DNA from: the human T2T-CHM13v2.0 reference genome, Homo sapiens
Length of the DNA: 64,000 nucleotides
Assembly: GCF_009914755.1 (NCBI RefSeq)
Contig: NC_060929.1
Direction: 5' to 3' (one strand)
How positions within the stretch are numbered: the stretch's first letter is position 1; the number at the start of each line of letters is the position of its first letter. A program made the translations under genes and the position numbers. The notes under the pieces are model-generated. The model was not told the origin of the DNA. It made no database searches and was given only the letters and a program-made list of their open reading frames with translations. Shown piece after piece: positions 56,001 through 64,000 of this stretch.

Positions 56001-59000
56001 GAAGAAAATATGTTTATGTTTATTTTTCAAAAGATGAAAGAGCTTCTTAAACAATGAATCATATTTAAACTACAAAGAAGAAGAAAATTAGAAATATAAG
56101 AGAAAAGCTATTAAAACAGATGACCACAAACAGAAAAAAAAAACAAAGGCAAAATTAGTTCTTTGAAATCATCATTAAAATGATGAACATTTAGCAAGAC
56201 AAATAGAGAAAAACATGATACAGAAAGATACAGATGTACTATATATATATAGAGAGAAAGAGAAACAAAATAAACTTTTAGAAATAGAAGAAGAGATACA
56301 CCACAGTTGCTGCCATTATTCAAAAAACAATAAAACCATATAATAAATAGGTTTATGCCAATAAAGTTTAAAACTTAGAAACATGAACACATTTCTTATA
56401 CAACACAACTGACATAAACTGACTCAAGAAGAAATAGATAATCTAAATAGCTATATATTCATATATATATTCATATATATATATATATATCTATATATTC
56501 ATATAGATATGACATTAACAACTTATACAAACACACATCCCCTATGTAAAACTGCAGGTCCAGATGGCCTATACAGTGAATTCTATCAACCACTTGAGGA
56601 AAATATAACAAAAATGTTGCATTATTTTTTTGCAGAATTGAATAAGTGGTTACGTTTCTCACCTCATTTTATAAGAAACACCTAACACTGATTCCAAAAT
56701 CTGAGGAAAAATTTTAAGAAAACCATATAAGTAGTTCATATGATTTAGACTTTATAGATTTGCATACATAAAAATGCAAAACTCCTAAAAATATACTATT
56801 CAATTGATAATCACAAAGTGAAAGTATAATAGACCATAACCATGTGAAGTTTATCACTGGAATGCAAGGTTAGTTTAACATAAAAAAAATAATAATCAGT
56901 CAATTTAGGGTATTCTGCTTCCAGTCATGTTGGAATTACTGACATATTAATTGCCAACTTTCTGAACAAAAGTTTAAAAACTAAAAAAAATAAAAATCTA
57001 TTTTTAGACTTTGGATAATAGCAGCACAATACTTTGAGAGAAAGAAATATCTAATGTGAACCCTACAATTTCCTCAGTTTTCTATCTAAGGCTCCTTTTG
57101 GATTGCTGAGGAGAGAGGTGTCACTAAGATGGAGAGAGAGATTCAGTCAAGCTGAGTTAGTGGGGACATCCTGGGTAGTTCAACATAAAGAAGGCAGCTT
57201 GTAGAGTGAGAGCTGCTGTTATCATCATAAAAGTCTCAATGACTCTACTGATGATTTTTAATCTTTGAATGAGTAGGCAGAAAAATCCACTAGGCTGAAA
57301 AAGGAACTACTGAGGAACTGTAAGCAGAACATTTTTAAAAATAAGAAAGCCTTATTATAATAATTAGCCATCTTAGAAAGACTTTGTTGAACATGAAAGA
57401 GATCAAAGATGGTTCATATGTTAATAGCAGGATGAAACTACTCTTAAAATAGAAGCTGTTCCAAGACCCCCAGACCAAACACAGCTTACTTACAAATTTT
57501 GAAATGATCAGCATGATCTTCAATTAAGTGAAGTAGAACAGAGCTCAGAAACGTGAATGTGGTTTACCAGTTTAAAATAAAACAATGTAGCTCACCGTAT
57601 TGGATGGCTATCAGAATAAATATAGAAAAGGCTTGCGAAAAATTTAAATTTCACATGTGATAAAGACTCTCCATAAAATGAAAATAGAAGAGAAATCCTT
57701 AAGCTAATAAAAGAAATGTACGAAATTGTAACAGCAAACATAATACCAAAATAAAATATTGGGTACACTTCTCTAAAGTCCCTGAAAGAAGGAAGAAGGC
57801 CCGCTTTTCAATTTTTATATGCAACATTCTAATGGATGTCTAAGCCAATGCAATAGGAAAAGAAAAAGAAATAAAATCAGGCAAATTGAAGAGAAATAAA
57901 TAAAGCTTGCTTTATTTGTAGACAAAATGATTATAAACATTTAAAAAATCCTAAGGTAGTTATATAAAAGTTACATTGAATTAATGAGTGAATTAAGCAA
58001 CATAATAGACTACAAGGTCAATATAAAACAATCACTTGTCTGTCTATGTTCCAGCAATGAACAATTAGAAAATAAAATTAACAAAGGAATAAAATTTACA
58101 GTAGCATCAAACTATAATAGCTTTAAACATAAAGTTAACCATATATGTGCAATGTCTATATATTGGAAATTAATAATCTTACTCAGACTAAAGATATGAA
58201 TAAGTAGAGAGATAAATTATTTTCTTATATAAGAAAACTCAATTTTTTAAATGACAATGTTCCCCAAAATTTGCCAATCATTTCTATGTAGTCTCAATGA
58301 AAATCTCAGCAGATTTCTGTAGATATTTTACCAATTTGAAAAATGTATACAAAAATTAAAATGCCCTAAAATAATCAAAATTATTAAAATTGATGACTAT
58401 AATTGGATAATTTAAACTTTAATTTTATGACTAAGTATAAAGCTACTGCAATCAAGTCTTATTTTCATAAGGGTAGACACTTAGGTTAATGGAACAGAAA
58501 AGACAATCCATAAATCAACATATACACATATATATGTATACACATATTCCTTTCGTTATCTAGAGCTGTATATATATGATATCACGTCATCTATTTCTTG
58601 AAGTATAAAAGAATTGATACATGAAGAGTAGTTTCTTTTATTTCAAAATTTTTTGTGCATTTTTAATATAATTTACCTATAAAGTTTGATGAGAAGTTGA
58701 TCATTATTGTACATTAAATTTTATCAATATGAACTATTATCTTTATACCATGTAGTTATTATTTAATTTGAATTCCACTTTTTCTGGCATTGATATTGCT
58801 ACTGTGTTTGCTAATATATTTATTACCCATCATATTTTTAACTCCTAAGTTTTTCAGTTTTAGGCTTCTCTTTTTTAAACACTTTTAGTTTAGCTTAATT
58901 TATTTTTTAATGTGGTTAATTCCTTTATATTTGTTTTTATAACTGATAATTTGATCTATTACCTTCTTTGAGGACTTATTTTTTTATACTCAAATTTTTG

Positions 59001-59199
59001 GCCATTTTAGACCCTATTAAAATCATAGCTATTAAGCTAAAGGATGCCTACAGGTTGGTTTTGTTTTTGTTTTCTTTTGTTTTCTGTTGTCTTAAAGAAT
59101 AAGGTAGTATCTACTGTTACTATGACATTTGAGGTGCCCAGGGTACTCTCACTTGTTGACCTCACCTCCCCACTCTACATTTTGAAAGATACTTTCTAA

Positions 59200-60857
59200 A
59201 GTATTATTTTATTTTTAATTGACAAATTATAATTATATATATTTACAAGGTACAATGTTATGTGTCAATGCATGTATACGTTGCAGAATAATCAAATCAA
59301 GCTAATTAACGTACTCATCAACTTAAATATTTATCATTTTGTTTTGTTGAAAACATTTAAAATCCTCTCTTTTAGCTATTTGGAAGTATTTGGAACATTA
59401 TTATTAACTATAGTCTCCATTCCATGTGATAGATCACCAGAATGTATTCTTCCTGTGTACCTGAATCTTTGTACCCTTTGACCAAAGTCTCTCTTTTCCA
59501 TGTCTACCTCACCTCCCTGCTGCCCACCACCCCATTACCAGACCTCCTGCCTTTGGTAGCCATCATCCTACCCTGTACTTCTAGTTTTCCTTTATTTTAG
59601 GTTTCATATAAGTGAGCTCATACGGTATCTGTCTTTCTGTAATGCCTGGCTTATTTTCAATAGAATAATGTCCTCTAGGTTCATCCATGTTGTCTTAAAA
59701 GACAAAATGTCCTACTTTTCAAGGGCTAAATAGTATCCTAATTTGTATATATTCCACATTTAAAAAATCTATTCCTTCACTGATTGGCACTTCAGCTGTT
59801 TTTATATATTTGCTTATTGTCAATACTGCTGCAATGAACAGGAGAGTGCAGACACCTCTTCAACATACCAATTTCAATTTCTTTGGATATCTACCCAGAA
59901 GTGGGATTGCTGGATTGCATGGTAATTCTATTTCTGTTTTTTTTGAGGAAACTTCATAGTGTTTTCCAAAATGGCTGTACTAATTTATAATACCACCAAC
60001 AATGTATAATTGTTCCCTTTTTTTCCACATTCTCACCAACACTTACCTTTCATCTTTTTAATAATAACCAATCTAACACAATGGGATGGTATCACATTGT
60101 GGTTTAGATTTGCATTTCTCTGATGGCTAGATAAGTTGAGGATTTTTTCAAATATAGGTTGGCAATTTGTATGTCTTCTTTTAAAAAATGTCTATTCAGT
60201 TCATTTGCCCATATTTTAAGTAAGGTTATTTGTTTTCTTATTGAGTAGTTTGACTTCCTTGTATGTTTTGAATATTAGCCCCTTATCTAATAAAAGACAT
60301 GCAAGTATTTTCTCCCAATATATGGATTGTTTCTTCATTTTGTTCATTGTTTCCTTTGCTGGGCAGAAGCTTTTGTTTGATGCAATCCCATTTGACTATT
60401 TTTGCTTTTGTTGCCTGGGCTTCTGGGGTCATATTCAAGAAATCACTGCCCAGATCAACATCATGGAGTCTTTTTCTTATGTTTTCCTCTGGTAGTTTTA
60501 GAATTTTATGTCTTATGTTAAAGTCTTTAATCCACATTAAGTTGATTCTTGTATAAGAGATGAATTAAGGGTTCATTTTTATTCTTCTGCATGCAAATAT
60601 CCAGTTTCTCCAGTACCATGTATTTAAAAAGCTGTCCTTTCTCTATTGTGTGTTCTTGGCACCTATGTCAAAAACCAATTAGGTATAGAAGAAATATTCC
60701 TCAACACAATAAAGACCATATATGACTATCCCACAGCAAACATCATACTCTACAGTACAAATTGAAACCTTTTTTTCTAAGATCAGAAAAAGAACAACTA
60801 TTCCCACTCTCACCACTTCTGTTCAACATATACTGGAAGCCCTAGTCAGAACAATTA
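59200..60857 (-). mobile_element. L1MA-type (about L1MA4-7) insertion, 5'-truncated with inverted 5' segment (60680-60857 on + strand)
   Basis: Antisense L1MA 3' UTR and ORF2 (ORF 60283-60537 WIKDFNIRHKILKLPEENI) to ~60680, then sense ORF2 (AGGTATAGAAGAAATATTCCTCAACACAATAAAGACCATATATGAC); ACTCTACATTTT at 59172-59183 and 60861-60872. Confidence 0.9.
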
Positions 60858-63800
60858 CCGACTCTACATTTTTATTTTCATTATATTATGTCAAACTGAG
60901 TTGTTTCCATCAGTGTATTATTTTTTATATTGTTATATTCTTATCAAGCATTTCTTTGGTTTCTATGAATTATAATTTTGAATAGGAGACTCTTCTGTTG
61001 GAGAATTTGGAATCTAAACCTGTGTCTCTAAAACTGCAATTCTTAAAAAAAGTGATTAAATTTATAATATAAATGCTGTCAATCATGCCGTTAAACATCT
61101 AGGGAACTGGATCAATTTCTTAAATTTTATTACATTATCTTTGAATGTGATAAAGTGATTCAAATTGTATGTACATTTTATGTTACTTTTTAAGAAGAAA
61201 AAAGTCAGAAGTCAGCTATTTCCAAAAGAATAATGTTATTCAGAAATTCAGGCCAAACACCTGTTACACAGCAAAATGAAGGCAAGGAACAGGAAACTCG
61301 TGTACATGGGCTTAACTCATTCTTCTGATGTGCACTCAACTCAGACACTTTGCAAACCTACCGCTGTCACACTGCTGCAGCTAGAACGAACACCTACACT
61401 GCTGAAAGAAGCCTCCGACCTCAAGACGGTGGGTCTAACCACATGTTAAATAGTACACACTGTAGGAAAAGAGAGTGGGAATTTCAAAAACAAAAACAAA
61501 TACCAAAAGAAAAACCCCAGAAATGTAACGCTATTTAAAAACAACTGTTGAAAATGAGCATCTCCTCTTCTTACTTAGGTTAATGGCTTCACCGAATCCT
61601 GATGCCTTTGCATGTCGTTATAACTGGATGCTCTAGTGTGCTAAGATCAGCACCTGTATACTCATAGTATTGAAATGTGCAGATGCATCCTAATTTGTGA
61701 AATAAATCTAAGGTAGTAGGCTGTTTTATGTTGAATACATAACACACACACACTGTTTAAAAAACTAAGTTGCGATTGATGGCTTTCTAAAATGTGACTA
61801 ATGTGCACTACACATTTCTACCTTACTCATTCCTATCTGATTACTTACACATTGCTACCTTATTTTCCGTGATTTTTGGCTTGCAGATGGTGGTTGGTTT
61901 CCTACAACATTTTTCCTTGTTTCTTGGGTAGAGAAGCAATCTAATTGCATCATGATCTTTTGTCCTCCTCCTCTGTTGGGATAGAGGGGAGGAAAAGAGG
62001 TGGGTTCAGACTTTTCAGAAAAAAAAATACATGTAAATTTTATGTTTGCCAACAGAGCTAACATACTAAAAGTATTCATGTCTATGAATAAAGTAAATTA
62101 CTAAGTCTATATCATTAATAAAGACACATGAAACCTTTCACATTATGTCAAATTATTAGAATTAAGAAGCTTGAGAGAGGGAGAGCAAGCCAATAAAGCC
62201 TGAATACGCTAAGTGATCATTAGAGCTGGGTGTGATAATTGAAATTTGCTTTGCAGTAATTTCATTAAAAATTCATAACTAGTCTAGCCTTTCTCTTTCT
62301 CTGTCTGAGCTGGTGAGGAATTAAATGATGTTGGTGTAGAGGCTTAGGATGTGTACACGTTGTTGACAACAGCTGAAAACAGGAGGTGAATGACAGACAT
62401 GAGGGAAAGGCAAAATATAGATCAGCAAAAAGGCTTTCTTGGGGTCCTGAGCTTTGGTCTTTTCTCTAAATATGTGTCTGTTTCTAAATTAAGTTTTCAC
62501 ATTCTAGAGATTTTTTAAAAATTTCTAATCTCATGATGCCTTGTACGGTGTTTTGGCCAATATTGAATTCTTGGCAATTTTCCTGGACAGACAATGCTAC
62601 AAACTATTTCATCTATTAGGATGACATTTTCCATCATCCATGAAATTATTTTTCTAAAAAATTACAGGTGGGATGAAAATCACTGGCATTAACGTTTTCT
62701 CCTCCAAAAATCTCTCTGAGAAATGTATTACGTATAAACACTCATTGTAGACCACCTGATACGAAAGGTTCTGGGACACATTCTTCCAGAAAGGAGCCTG
62801 ATTTTATCTCATGATCTTCACCAATTCATGAATTTGTTTTATGAAGTCTTGGATGTTGAGTCTAAGAAACCAGTTACAGTTTGAATGCTTCAAAGTCTCA
62901 TGCACATTCCAGTGTGAAGAGGGGTCTGTCAAATTTTAAATGCATTTTGCTAAATGTATTATCCTTTACAAAATAAGTCCTTTGTGTTTCAAGGACAATT
63001 TGACCATGTGTTTTTAATCCATTTTAAGTTAGCTTGCTAAAATGTTTATTTGTAAGAGGTCTTAGAAGCCCAAAAATCCTTAAAACATTGATTTGCCGGG
63101 CATTTGAAGCTTTTATCTCAAGAAAAGACATCTTCATTTGCTAAGACAAAACAACTAGAGTCTCCCATGGCTAGTTTTCCATAAATCTTAAATTTCAAAA
63201 TGTTTTGATACATTCTAAAAAGTTAAATATTTATGGTTATTTTCATCTTAAAGCTTTAAAAGCTGGATTTCAGATTTTATAATCATTGAAGTATATAGAT
63301 ACAAATCTATTTCAATCATTTAAGGTATGTGTCCTAATGACACTGAGGTATTAAAGAAATAACCTCATAATTATGTATAATGGAAGAGAGAGTTGTACCC
63401 ATTTACAAATTCCTTAAATGAGATTTGAAATATTAAAGTCTTGCCTTTGACAGGTTTTTGGTATAAAATAGCAACTCATACCCAAGATAACTCTATTTAG
63501 CAAAGACAAAACAATAACTTGTTTGGCTTGGATTTTTATCAATTTGCTTTTGTTTTGATAATATATAGTGGCAGAATGAGTTTGTAGAGCAGTTGATATC
63601 TAAGGGACAAATGAAATTTAAAAATAAAGAATTATTAAATTTTGTCACAGATTTTGCATCTTAAATAAATATCAATATATCATTATACCATCTTAGAAAT
63701 TTTAAATAAGTTGGAGCCAAAAAAATCCAGTAATCATAAGCAAGACTTTCACAGGAATTCCTTACGTTATTTTTGGGGGCTTTTTTTTTGCCTCTAAAAA

Positions 63801-64000
63801 TTTGGGGGAAAGTGCAGAATCCTGTTGGAAAATCACCATTCTAAAGGACACCTTCAGGAGCATCATGTAATGAGCTGTAATTAAATCTAATTACTCTCTA
63901 TAGACCATAGATAATGTAATTTACAGGTCAAAACATGTTTTTAAAGGAGTCTGAAATGCACAGTCTGGACCTGGTCAACTCCCACGCAGTTGCCCTCTTG

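Noticed and set aside
60900-64000. AT-rich apparently unique tail of the window
   Set aside because: I could not support any exon, RNA gene or repeat call by eye. Conserved non-coding elements cannot be excluded without alignment.

Overview
This is non-genic DNA from a simian primate (human-like; AluJ/AluS, L1PA/L1M, MLT2/HERV-L, THE1). I find no credible cellular protein-coding exon, RNA gene, CRISPR array or operon-like system. The supplied ORFs are explained by transposon remnants, microsatellites, a minisatellite or chance. The main structures are: (1) a 21-copy, 70-bp minisatellite at ~4351-5820 with higher-order structure and dense E-box/p53-half-site motifs; (2) a complete but coding-dead HERV-L provirus (28646-35197, minus strand; two MLT2A LTRs, GGACC target-site duplication, gag, pro-pol, dUTPase) whose 5' LTR carries a perfect DUX4 consensus; (3) two more solo MLT2A LTRs in the same orientation; (4) two much older ERVL gag relics at ~40-42 kb; (5) several long L1s, including a nested internally deleted copy and a 5'-inverted (twin-primed) copy; (6) two short CpG-retaining unique segments that may be regulatory. 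Subfamily names come from recalled consensus similarity, not a database search. Boundaries without a stated TSD are approximate. I found no convincing previously undescribed biological system; the findings are testable hypotheses.
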